The notes: generated by a model not told the origin, from the sequence alone. DNA of 38,159 bases from Octopus bimaculoides (GCF_001194135.2 NC_068986.1:25144654-25182812); one strand, 5' to 3'; positions 1-10,284 are shown, counted from the stretch's first letter. Program-made: numbers and translations.

Positions 1-230
1 TTACTCGCTTATTTTCATTATTATATTGTTTATTCTGGGTTTCTTATTATTTACTAAGACCTAAATGAAACATGGTTTTATTCATATTAAAATAGTATGA
101 ATTTCGAAAAAATATATTTACAATACCAAGTGTGTACAAAAGAATTTATTAAAAAACTTGAATAGCAACTTGATAATAAACATGAGATACAAATCTAAAT
201 AATTTTATCGATGAATTAAGCGAACGTTTG

Positions 231-620
231 CTAGGAACGTAAGAAAACGTTTTCAGCACTCTTCCTCATTTGCAGCCAACAGAAATAATCAAGGTGAGAT
301 TGGAAGGTTCTTTGGTTCACTCCTCTCATCTTTTCCAAAATACGAATTTTCGAATCCAACCGGATTCTTTCAATTGCTTGTGTATTGGTTCCAGTGTTTG
401 GATCAACATAGTGTCTTTGGTGGTTGACAGTAGAATGGCGGAAATTTAGATGATCTAGATTGGAGTATGCTGGCCATTCGTCGGAATGAATAACCGAATT
501 TTCTGCAACTTCTCTTTGAATTATTGGTTCAAATGTTTCACGATTTTAGACCGATGTTTGGCAGCCGTGAGTAATCGCCCTTTAAGTTGTTGATCACATG
601 CCAAAGTAGCACTGTTTAAT
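231..620 (-). mobile_element. Merlin (ISXO2/IS1016-like) DNA transposase remnant, C-terminal DDE region
   Basis: Manual minus-strand translation of 542-231 gives RETFEPIIQREVAENSVIHSDEWPAYSNLDHLNFRHSTVNHQRHYVDPNTGTNTQAIERIRLDSKIRILEKMRGVNQRTFQSHLDYFCWLQMRK...TAG. SDEWPAY, H-TVNH, YVDPNTG-NTQAIE and RG...SHLDYF match the ISXO2/Merlin pattern. The frame breaks upstream of about 545. Not in the ORF track. Confidence 0.8.
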
Positions 621-756
621 TGCTGAAATCGGTAAAAGAAGAAAATGAAATTATATGAGAGAGATATTACCGATGTCTACGTATAATTGATTCTCGTGCC
701 TCTCCACACATGGATAAAATGTATGGGGTTGGTACAGTTAATATATTTTTCCTTAA

Positions 757-795
757 GGTGACGAGCTGGCAGAAACGTTTGCACACCAGGCAACG
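757..795 (+). mobile_element. SINE family A head fragment
   Basis: GGTGACGAGCTGGCAGAAACGTTTGCACACCAGGCAA matches the head of the family A copies elsewhere in the window. Confidence 0.55.
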
Positions 796-809
796 ATAGT
801 CCCCAATCC

Positions 810-985
810 ACAGCCTGTTTATGACGCTCTCCGACTTCCACCTGGTCAGTCCAATGAAAGGTAGTCTTCAGAGACAATGACTTAATGACTGTGAGGTAGT
901 GAGTACACCAGTGATTTTTTTCAAAGTGGATTCAAGTGACGGTTTCAACAATGGCATCAACGATTAAGTCATCACATATTTGACA
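810..985 (+). mobile_element. Highly decayed mariner transposase fragment
   Basis: Translates to LSDFHLVSPMKGSLQRQ*LNDCEVV...GFNNGI, resembling the mariner SDFHLF-P-K--L-G-RF region. Stops are present. Confidence 0.4.
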
Positions 986-1363
986 TGCAAATTATAGACT
1001 TTTTAAAAAGCTTTGTAAGTGGGCAATGCACAAGAGATTTATTTATAACTTGAGGTGGGAGCTTTTACAGTAGCTTTCTGGCAACTATAAAGATCACTGG
1101 AGATTATCCACCTGCTAATATCCACCTAATTAGATTAGCATCGATTGCTGCAATGCAATCAAATGTATCAAATTCAATTCCTGCAAAAGAAAAGTGAAGA
1201 TTATAATGTTTTGTTTTGGATTTTTTTTTTGTTTTGTTGTTTTTGTTTTGTTCTTTATTTTTTTTTTTATTTTTTTTTTAAGAATTAGTTAGGATCATAA
1301 TATTTTTTCCTGAACTCTATCTTAATAACAATCTATTGAATATGTGTAATGTATACACACATA

Positions 1364-1752
1364 GTGGAGGCGCAATGGCCCAGTGGTTAGGGCAGCGGAC
1401 TCGCAGTCATAGGATCGCGGTTTCGATTCCCAGACCAGGCGTTGTGAGTGTTTATTGAGTGAAAACACCTAAAGCTCCACGACGCTCCAGCAGGGGATGG
1501 TAGCGAACCCTGCTGTACTCTTTCACCACAACTTTCTCTCACTCTTTCTTCCTGTTTCTGTTGTGCCTGTAATTCAAAGGGCCAGCCTTATAACACTGTG
1601 TCACCCTGAATATCCCCGAGAACTACTTTAAGGGTACATGTGTCTGTGGAGTGCTCAGCCACTTGAACGTTAATTTCATGAGCAGGCTGTTCCATTGATC
1701 GGATCAACTGGAACCCTCGACGTCGTAAGCAACGGAGTGCCAACAACAACAA
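1364..1752 (+). mobile_element. Near full-length tRNA-derived SINE (family D) with (CAA)n tail
   Basis: Head GGAGGCGCAATGGCCCAGTGGTTAGGGCAGCGGACTCG...GGTTTCGATTCC carries Pol III A and B boxes. It is followed by a non-tRNA body ending in CCAACAACAACAA. Confidence 0.8.
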
Positions 1753-1800
1753 TACACACATACATACGCGCACACAAACGCACGCACACATACACAATAA

Positions 1801-2013
1801 GGTGGTGAACTGGCAGAATCGGCAGCGCGTGGGGCAAAATGTTTAGCGAGATTTCATCCAACTTTATGTTCTGAGTTCGAATTCCACCAAGGTTGACTTT
1901 ACCTTTCAGCCTACCAGAGTCGATAAAATAAGTACCAGTTGAGTACTGGGGTCAATGTAATCGACTAACCCCTCTCCCGAACATGCTAGCCATGTGCCAA
2001 ACTTTGAATCCAA
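1801..2013 (+). mobile_element. tRNA-derived SINE family A
   Basis: GGTGAACTGGCAGAATC head, GAGTTCGAATTCC B box, and central GTTGACTTTACCTTTCA...GTCGATAAAATAAGTACCAG shared with the other copies. Confidence 0.85.
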
Positions 2014-2192
2014 TATACACGCACATACACACTCACACTTTTAAAGGTGAGCTTATAAGTCGATAACAGATCATCTACCTCTCAACTTACAAGAAATACT
2101 AGCTAAATAGTCTTCAAACCACATCCGACAATCTTTAGAAAAGAAAAAGGAACACGTTGGATAATACTCCTGCGCATATACANNNNNNNNNN

Positions 2193-3566
2193 CTGGGCAA
2201 AGTTCAGAAAGCTTCTTCCCCTACTGGTGACAAAGGGCCTCTTGCTCAGAGCGAAAGGTAGATTATACGATGTATGTGTGCGAACTGCCATGCTTCACAG
2301 CAGTGAAACATGGTCCGTGACTGCTGAAGACATGCATAGGCTCGAAAGAAATGAAAGTAGTATGATCCTCTGGATGTGTAATGTCAGCATGCACACATGA
2401 CAGATTGTAAGTACCCTGTAAGAAATGTTGGACATAAGAAGCATCAGGTGTGGTGTGCAAGAGAGACGACTGCACTGGTATGGTCATGTACTACGTATGG
2501 ATGAGGAGAGCTGTGTGAAGAAGTGTCACACCCTAACAGTGGAAGGAACCCGTGGTAGAGGGAGACCCAGGAAGACATGGGATGAGGTGGTGAAGCATGA
2601 CCTTCGAACATTGGGCCTCACAGAAGCAATAACAAAAGACCAAGACCTTAAAAAAGTACCTTTGGATCGTTGGGCGACATGCCGTGCTTAAGGAGACCTA
2701 TTGAGTCAAGTAAATCAAAACCAAATCACAATCAAATGGAAATTGTAGTTGTGGCTGATGCCAGTGGCACCTGAATGGCTCCCACGCTGATGGCATGCAA
2801 TATGCGCTGTTCATGCGTGGGTCATTGCCAGTGCCGCCTGACCGGCTACTCGTCTCAGTGGCACGTAAAAAGTACCATACGAACGTGGTCGATGACAGCC
2901 CCCACCCTCCCCANNNNNNNNNNNNNNNNNNNNNNNNNNNNNNNNNNNNNNNNNNNNNNNNNNNNNNNNNNNNNNNNNNNNNNNNNNNNNNNNNNNNNNN
3001 NNNNNNNNNNNNNNNNNNNNNNNNNNNNNNNNNNNNNNNNNNNNNNNNNNNNNNNNNAAATGGAAATTGTAGTTGTGGCTGATGCCAGTGGCACCTGAAT
3101 GGCTCCCACGCTGATGGCATGCAATATGCGCTGTTCATGCGTGGGTCATTGCCAGTGCCGCCTGACCGGCTACTCGTCTCAGTGGCACGTAAAAAGCACC
3201 ATCTGAACGCAGCCGATGTCAATGCCGCCTGACTGGCTTCCGTGCATGTGGCACGTAAGAAGCATCATCTGAATGAATGTGGTCAAAGCCAGTCCCCTAG
3301 CCCCGACTGGCTCCTGTGCCAGTGTCATGTAAAAAGCACCATCTGAACCTGGTCAATGCCAGTGCAGCCTGACTGGCTCCCATGCCAGTAGCATGTAAAA
3401 AGCACCCACTACACTCTCAGAGTGGTTGGCATTAAGAAAGGCATCCAGCTGTAGAAACATTGCCAGATCAGATTGGAGCCTGGTGTGGCCTCCTGACTTG
3501 TCATTCCCCAGTCAAAGCGTCCAACCCAACCAGCTTCAAAAACAGATATTAAACGATGATGATGAT
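2193..3566 (+). mobile_element. 5'-truncated RTE-clade LINE: RT C-terminus, tandem-repeat 3' UTR and (GAT)n tail
   Basis: 2194-2690 encodes WAKFRKLLPLL...VRTAMLHSSETW...RRLHWYGHVLRMDEESCVKK...EGTRGRGRPRKTWDEVVKHDL, a typical RTE ORF end with in-frame stops. About 55-60 bp repeat units follow, then GGTTGGCATTAAGAAAGGCATCCAGCTGTAGAAAC and TAAACGATGATGATG. Gap at 2914-3057. Confidence 0.9.
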
Positions 3567-3589
3567 GTATGTATGTATATCATCATCAT

Positions 3590-3800
3590 CATCATCATCA
3601 TCATTTAATGTCCTTTTTCCATGCTGGCATGGGTTGGACTGTTTGACTGGGGCCTGGCAAGCCAGGAGGCCATTCCAGGTTCCAATCTGATCTGTCAATG
3701 TTTCTACAGCTGGATGCCCTTCCTAATGCCAACCACTCCAAGAGTGAAGTGGATGCTTTTTATGTGCCACCGGCACAGGAACCAATCAGGGTGAAGGGGC
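3590..3800 (-). mobile_element. RTE 3' tail copy
   Basis: (CAT)n followed by TTTAATGTCC...CCATGCTGGCATGGGTTGGAC...CAGCTGGATGCCCTTCCTAATGCCAACC, the reverse complement of the tail of the 2193-3566 element. Confidence 0.85.
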
Positions 3801-3805
3801 TGGCA

Positions 3806-3807
3806 TC

Positions 3808-3847
<40 letters not shown>

Positions 3848-3858
3848 TATATATATAT

Positions 3859-3903
<45 letters not shown>

Positions 3904-3986
3904 TAGATATATAACTTACTTGGAGGCAACGTGTGGCATTCAATCATATAATAACATAAATAATATATAATTATATGCATATATCC

Positions 3987-4032
<46 letters not shown>

Positions 4033-4121
4033 NNNNNNNNNNNNNNNNNNNNNNNNNNNNNNNNNNNNNNNNNNNNNNNNNNNNNNNNNNNNNNNNNNNN
4101 NNNNNNNNNNNNNNNNNATAC

Positions 4122-4175
<54 letters not shown>

Positions 4176-4290
4176 ATGTATATATATATATATGTATGTG
4201 TGTATGTATGTATGTATGTATGTATGTATGTATGTATATGCATGTATATATAAAGGTATGTATGCATATAAACGTGTATGTGTGTGTGTG
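3806..4290. repeat. Compound microsatellite (CT)n, (TA)n, (GATA)n, (TATG)n, (TG)n with a gap
   Basis: Directly visible simple repeats; N gap at 4033-4117. Confidence 0.95.
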
Positions 4291-4627
4291 TATGTTGTAT
4301 AGATCTGGAAGACAGTTTTTCGTCATGCTCAATCTTAGATTATCTCATACGTAATGAATGGCAAATTGCCACAAGCTTTTATAACTGGATAGTAAACGTT
4401 TAATGATCAATGGGATTTACTATATATAAACATTAAACACCCTTTTGATTAAATGCTTATTTTATGATGCAATTTTCATGAGAATTTTGCAATATCCTTT
4501 TAGGTATTTATTTCTTATGATTACACATAATACTCAAAATTGCTTAGCATCAGCAATATAAAATAATATGTATGTTGGACCTGAGGGAGCAGGCCATTTT
4601 TTTCTAACAGTCATGTTCTCCTGTCAA

Positions 4628-4755
4628 GGATGTGGGTGTATGGTTTAGAAGCTTGATTCACAACCATGCAAGGTAAATGTCTTCTGCTATAGACTCGATT
4701 AGCAATCACTTTGAGAGAGGAAATTTAATGAATGGAAATTGTGGAGAAGCCTGTA
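4628..4755 (+). mobile_element. Decayed SINE family B 5' fragment
   Basis: GGTGTATGGTTTAGAAGCTTG...AAATGTCTTCTGCTATAG...GGAAATTGTGGAGAAGCCTGT resembles the family B head and body. Confidence 0.55.
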
Positions 4756-5094
4756 AAAGGTTGATAGTTGCAATAGAGACATTAGTCTCTCTCTATCACC
4801 TTCCAACAAAATTATATATGAAGAAACAGCAGAACAATTAACAACATAATAAAAATAAGTTTTATTTTTGGTGATGCTTGATTTTACAAATCTTGTGTCA
4901 TTCAGCTTAGCAGCCGCTGGTTAACTTGTATTCGGCATTGGAAGGTTAAGGGCTCCGTTGATGCATGCCAGAGGAGAAAATAGCTATCACATCGAAGGTA
5001 TCATGCTGAAGAGCTTCACTGAGGTGCAAGTAGTTGTCACGTCGAAGGCATCGCTCTAAGAGACTTAGAAAGTGAAAGAAACTCTTTAAGTACT

Positions 5095-5215
5095 AGTTTT
5101 ACTACGCATGCGCACTTGAGGGGCTTACGGGAAGGCAAGTCCCTTGCGCATGCGTAGATTGTACTTCCTCAATGGCGGCCATAATTTCGCGCCACTACAA
5201 GCCCATAATATCTAT
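5095..5215. promoter_or_regulatory. Putative housekeeping-type promoter
   Basis: CpG-rich patch in AT-rich DNA. CTACGCATGCGCA (5102-5114) and its perfect inverse TGCGCATGCGTAG (5145-5157) are NRF1-like. Also ACTTCCT (5163, ETS-like), AATGGCGGCC (5171, YY1-like), TTTCGCGCC (5185, E2F-like) and ACTACAAGCCCATAAT (5194, ZNF143/SBS-like). Confidence 0.65.
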
Positions 5216-5281
5216 AAGTAATAGCCTTTACTGAAATTTGTAGTTCAAACCTAAGAAAGAAATGTGTCTTTCTTCTATTAG

Positions 5282-5330
5282 GAGTGTAGTGTGTGGCTTG
5301 AAGGGGATTCAGCTGATAATTCTAGCCAAG
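5282..5330 (+). ncRNA. Candidate non-coding or 5'-UTR exon
   Basis: Acceptor GTCTTTCTTCTATTAG and donor AAG|GTAAGC, just downstream of the promoter cluster. Sequence signals only. Confidence 0.4.
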
Positions 5331-5431
5331 GTAAGCTGCATCTGATGAAGTAGGTTTCTTTCAACCAACAAGTACTGCATTTCTTGGCTGTTTTCATCAA
5401 ATCAGCCCTTATTCTTTTTTTTTTTTTTTAG

Positions 5432-5636
5432 GGAAACATCGGGACTTCTACAGAGAATTGCAGATTGAATATTTTAGGTGTTCCCACAACACTTATTGAA
5501 AGGGATCTCTTTGGAAACTGAAATCCTCAAGTGCCATCTGAACGTCCCATTCCTATTCATAATACCAGCTTCGAAAATGCATCTTTTAATCTCTGCCTTT
5601 CTGTCAAACTCAAGTGGATGAAAATATAAAGTCGAG
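5432..5636 (+). ncRNA. Candidate non-coding or 5'-UTR exon
   Basis: Acceptor is a long T-tract ending in AG at 5430-5431; donor GAG|GTAATT at 5637. No long ORF. Confidence 0.45.
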
Positions 5637-6321
5637 GTAATTTTTCAAGATATTTGGAAGTTCAGATNNNNNNNNNNNNNNNNNNNNNNNNNNNNNNNNN
5701 NNNNNNNNNNNNNNNNNNNNNNNNNNNNNNNNNNNNNNNNNNNNNNNNNNNNNNNNNNNNNNNNNNNNNNNNNNNNNNNNNNNNNNNNNNNNNNNNNNNN
5801 NNNNNNNNNNNNNNNNNNNNNNNNNNNNNNNNNNNNNNNNNNNNNNNNNNNNNNNNNNNNNNNNNNNNNNNNNNNNNNNNNNNNNNNNNNNNNNNNNNNN
5901 NNNNNNNNNNNNNNNNNNNNNNNNNNNNNNNNNNNNNNNNNNNNNNNNNNNNNNNNNNNNNNNNNNNNNNNNNNNNNNNNNNNNNNNNNNNNNNNNNNNN
6001 NNNNNNNNNNNNNNNNNNNNNNNNNNNNNNNNNNNNNNNNNNNNNNNNNNNNNNNNNNNNNNNNNNNNNNNNNNNNNNNNNNNNNNNNNNNNNNNNNNNN
6101 NNNNNNNNNNNNNNNNNNNNNNNNNNNNNNNNNNNNNNNNNNNNNNNNNNNNNNNNNNNNNNNNNNNNNNNNNNNNNNNNNNNNNNNNNNNNNNNNNNNN
6201 NNNNNNNNNNNNNNNNNNNNNNNNNNNNNNNNNNNNNNNNNNNNNNNNNNNNNNNNNNNNNNNNNNNNNNNNNNNNNNNNNNNNNNNNNNNNNNNNNNNN
6301 NNNNNNNNNNNNNNNNNNNNN

Positions 6322-6595
6322 GAGATCGTTGCCAGTGCCCCTGGACTGGCTCTTGTGTGGGTGGCACATAAAATACACCATTTTGAGTGTGGCCGTTGCC
6401 AGTACCGCCTGACTGGCCTTCGTGTGGGTGACACGTAAAAGCACCCACTACACTCTCTGAGTGGTTGACGTTAGGAAGAGCATCCAGCTGTAGAAACTCT
6501 GCCAAATCAGATTGGAGCCTGGTGTTGCCATCCCGTTTCACCAGTCCTCAGTCAAATCGTCCAACCCATGCTAGCATGGAAAGCGGACATTAAAC

Positions 6596-6626
<31 letters not shown>
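6322..6626 (+). mobile_element. RTE 3' UTR and tail copy
   Basis: Repeat units GCCAGT..ACTGGC..GTGGCACATAAAA, the conserved tail and (GAT)n. The 5' part is lost in the 5668-6321 gap. Confidence 0.9.
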
Positions 6627-6628
<2 letters not shown>

Positions 6629-6719
6629 GAAGTGAATAGCAAAATAAATATGGTATCAAAAGGATTAAGGAAGATGTAAGATTAAGTTAATTTCTTTGAC
6701 TTGGTCAAATAAGTAGCAG

Positions 6720-7720
6720 ATATGAAATAATTTAAAGAAGGCAGAAAGTTTAGTGATAAGATGATTCTATTGACTAAATCTTACACCTTCTTTAAAGTGC
6801 TTCTTACCTGCTACTTATATGTTGTCAACCTATTTAATACCCCTGTATAACTTCCTTAAAATGTTTACTATTTTATCTATGATTCCTACATCTCTACTTG
6901 TTTCAACTATTTTCTACTGCTGACCACACATGTTCTTAACCAACCTAGTTTATCTATCTCACATACCTACTTTACACTTATACATATTCCTGAACTTTTA
7001 CTATCTTGCATGAACTTTTTACCTTTGCTTCCTATCTTACAACCAATTATCAATGACCTTTAGTTAGATTAGACCACTCTTCCTTCTTTTGGCAGTTTCC
7101 AAACTAGCTCACAAATCCTACATTAGCCTAAACTAATAATTTGATGGTTTCTTTAGTTCCACCTCATATTTTAATAAAATTTACATTTTGCCTTTATTCA
7201 AATATGAAATGCTTGTACAATTTACAAATGACCTTTTATGTAGGCTCACAACATATATTTTTCTCTTTACTTAATTCCTATAATTCATTATTCATGTAAC
7301 CTACACTTAGATCACTATCCTGTTTTTTAACTTTCATCTAGTTTGCCAATTCTAAACAGTTTCTGTTACTTTTGATCTAACTATTACTTATTTATTTTGC
7401 ATGGATCCATAACTGTTGACAAGGTGACAAACTAGCAGATTTGTGAGCACATCAGACATAAATGTCCCAATTTTAAACCTACACAGTGACTTGCTACACA
7501 TTAAATCAAATTTCTAATTCTACCAGACCTTTACCAGAACCAAATAATTTCAATAATATAATAATCTTACATATCTAACATTAACCAAATTCATAACAAT
7601 ACATAATACATACCCTCATACAATTTATCTTTCCCACAAAATCTCATTTTTATTTATATATCCTTATATCACACCATTTTTCTTATTCAATATTCTTTCA
7701 TAACAGTCCTATATTCCATG
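6720..7720 (-). mobile_element. Possible ancient LINE reverse transcriptase remnant
   Basis: Strong C>G skew on the plus strand. Minus frame 6890-6782 reads VGIIDKIVNILRKLYRGIK*VDNI*VAGKKHFKEGVR, loosely like the RT GIP-KIV-II--LY...GVRQG segment. Heavily decayed. Confidence 0.3.
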
Positions 7721-7758
7721 ATAATACCACATTAACAGGGTTTTTTTTCCTTCTTCAG

Positions 7759-7797
7759 ATAACCACAACCAAGATTCATTTCCCCATGTCAAACCAG
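7759..7797 (+). other. Candidate 39-nt plus-strand exon
   Basis: TTTTTTTTCCTTCTTCAG acceptor and CAG|GTATCT donor. No transcript evidence. Confidence 0.25.
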
Positions 7798-8054
7798 GTA
7801 TCTTTGTCTTCAGATATATTTGGTATGTGTTCAATTTCATGTTGTATATCAACAACAATGTGAGTTGAGGGCTCTTCATCCTATTAGAGCAGCGTTTCTC
7901 AACTGAGGTTCCACAAAAGGTAACTACTTGATATCCTGTTGCTTATTTTGATTTTATTCACCATACTTTGAGCTGTGTGGATAATACCAGACTGACTTGG
8001 TGCTTCAACTTAAGTACCTAATTCAACTGAATTAGGTACTTAAGTACCTAAGTA

Positions 8055-8484
8055 CAGGGCCACTGACTGGTCCTCGTGTTGGTGGCACGTAAAAAGCACC
8101 ATTCGAGCATGGTTGTTACCAGCATCGCCTTACTGGCACTTGTGCCGGTGTTACATGAAAAACAACATTCGAGCAAGGGTGTTGCTAGTGCCACTGGACT
8201 GGCTCCTGTGCAGGTGACACGTAAAAACACAATTTGAGCGTGGCCGTTGCCAGTACCGCCTGACTGGCCCTCGTGCCGGTGGCACGTAAAAGTGCCGGTG
8301 GCACGTAAAAGTACCCACTACACTCTCGTGGTTGGCATTAGGAAGGGCATCCAGCTGTAGAAACTCTGCCAGATCAGATTGGAGCCTGGTGCAGCCATCT
8401 GGCTCACCAGTCCCCAGTCAAATTGTATGACCCATGCCAGCATGGAAAGCGGATGTTAAACGATGATGATGATGATGATGATGA
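8055..8484 (+). mobile_element. RTE 3' UTR and tail copy
   Basis: About five repeat units, including an internal 20-nt duplication near 8272-8310, then the tail and (GAT)n. Confidence 0.9.
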
Positions 8485-8497
8485 TATACATATATAT

Positions 8498-8665
8498 CTT
8501 TTATTCTTTTACTTGTTTCAGTTTCCATCTACTAAATCTACTCACAAGGCTTTGGTCAGCCCAAGGCTATAGTAGAAGACACTGGCCCAAGGAACCATGC
8601 AGTACAACTGAACCCAGAATCATGTGGTAGGGAAGCAAGCTTCTTACCACACAGCCACCTCTGTG
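8498..8665 (-). mobile_element. SINE family B with internal deletion
   Basis: The 3' end TTTTACTTGTTTCAGT is joined directly to the internal TTTCCATCTACTAAATCTACTCACAAGG, consistent with a deletion between two TTTCAGT microhomologies. Confidence 0.75.
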
Positions 8666-8703
8666 TACATGCATATATATATATATATATATANNNNNNN
8701 NNN

Positions 8704-8737
<34 letters not shown>

Positions 8738-8959
8738 TGTACACATTTAAAAATTTTTATTTCTATTTTTATACATAATTATACACACTCAGTTTTATAA
8801 TGCCCCGTTTTTTTGTGTATATTCATAGGTCCATAATAATATATCATAAAGTATACATACTTGAAACTAAATAGAAGAAATATTTATAAAAGCATAGCCT
8901 ACAAACACATTACCTTTCGAAAACACAAGGTTTAAATTTTCTAAACTGTAATCAAATAA

Positions 8960-9850
8960 CATCATAGTCAGAAATCTGCTGACCAAGTAACCTTTACATC
9001 TAAAGTACAAAATAAACAAATTTCTATATTAACAACACCATGACCTGAAGTCAACACTCTAACTAACACACCTAAATGTTAAGTTTTTACATACTTCACT
9101 GTTAACCTCCACCTTCATCATCATCATCGTTTAACGTCCGCTTTCCATGCTAGCATGGGTTGGACGACTTGACTGAGGACTGGTGAAACCGGATGGCAAC
9201 ACCAGGCTCCAATCTAAATTTGGCAGAGTTTCTACAGCTGGATGCCCTTCCTAACGCCAACCACNNNNNNNNNNCTAAATTTGGCAGAGTTTCTACAGCT
9301 GGATGCCCTTCCTAACGCCAACCACTCAGAGAGTGTAGTAGGTGCTTTTACGTGTCACCTGCACGAAGGCCAGTCAGGCGATACTGGCAACAGCCAAAAC
9401 AAATTAAATCTCCTAAATAACACCAACAAGTAAAGAAATCTGCTGACCAACTAACATTTCTACCTACTTATATCCCTTCCTGAACCTTTAAAAAGCACCA
9501 TGACCTAAGAGTTGACACACCTACATAAACACGCCTATTTACAAATGTCTAAATACTTGACTGAACTTTGAACTTTAACCTTGACACACCCAAAAGAAAA
9601 GGTTTCCCATTAGCAGAGAAATAAAACCAACAACAATTAAGTCTATTGGTACATCTGTTGTCCAGCTAACCATTTCACCTATCTACATTCTTTTCTGAAC
9701 CCTTAAAAAAATAACTCCAAGACTTGAAGCTGACACACTTAAATAGACACATACAATTACAAAGTTCTACATACATGACTGAATTCTGAAAATAACACAA
9801 CCCCAAAGTTAACCAATTAAAACCTTCCATAATACCTTTCCATACCAACC
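8960..9850. repeat. Diverged tandem repeat, about 215-bp unit, three copies, interrupted by an RTE tail
   Basis: GAAATCTGCTGACCAA at 8971 and 9435 and CATCTGTTGTCCA at 9652. Each is followed about 60-65 nt later by CACCATGACCTGAAG (9037), CACCATGACCTAAG (9496) or CCAAGACTTGAAG (9717). Confidence 0.6.
9117..9395 (-). mobile_element. RTE 3' tail copy
   Basis: CATCATCGTTTAACGTCCGCTTTCCATGCTAGCATGGG...; about 50 bp is duplicated across the 10-N gap. Confidence 0.9.
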
Positions 9851-10017
9851 TACCTTACAACCTAATTATCATTCAGTGAAGCTCCACCGACCCAGAAAAT
9901 TTTAACTTAACAGAGACTGCATAAAACCAAGATGGACTCAAATGTACCACAGTCTGATGATGGCTTAGCAGGCTAAAACTTTGAAGTCACTGTCAATACT
10001 AATATTGTTAAAGAATA

Positions 10018-10284
10018 TGGCTCCCGTGCAGGTAGCACGTAAAAAACACCTTTTTGAGCGTGGCCGTTGCCAGTACCGTGTGACTGGCCCTCGTGCTGGT
10101 GGCACGTAAAAGCACCCACTACACTCTCAGAGTGGTTGGCATTAGGAAGGGCATCCAGCTGTAGAAACTCTGCAAGATCAGATTGGAGCTTGGTGCAGCC
10201 TTCTGGCTTGCCAGTCCTCAGTGAAATCGTCCAACCCATGCTAGCATGGAAAGCGGACGTTAAACGATGATGATGATGATGATG

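Noticed and set aside
1364-1440. Possible tRNA gene
   Set aside because: A and B boxes are present, but there is no complete acceptor stem and the sequence continues into a SINE body with a (CAA)n tail.
2734-3195. Identical ~138-bp segments on both sides of the 2914-3057 gap, and a ~50-bp duplicate around the 9265-9274 gap
   Set aside because: Most likely unmerged contig overlaps at scaffold gaps rather than biology.
3704-4354. YI/YM/CV-rich ORFs, also at 8556, 11525, 16921 and 21007
   Set aside because: Translations of (TA)n, (TATG)n and (TG)n microsatellites.
4940-4952. Telomerase RNA template (minus CCCTTAACC) near the promoter
   Set aside because: It does not template TTAGGG, and no other telomerase RNA features were recognised.
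5331-5431. Intronic box C/D snoRNA or mirtron (TGATGA plus terminal pairing GCTG/CAGC and TGATGAA/TTCATCA)
   Set aside because: No D box (CTGA) near the 3' end, and the internal pairing is too weak for a pre-miRNA.
5610-6541. Long ORFs of 250-324 aa, also at 10241-11234, 18782-19538 and 2698-3222
   Set aside because: They are mostly N-gap codons flanked by repeat sequence, so they are artefacts of translating gaps.
7890-7912. hAT-like terminus CAGCGTTTCTCAACT
   Set aside because: No partner TIR or TSD was found; too short to call.
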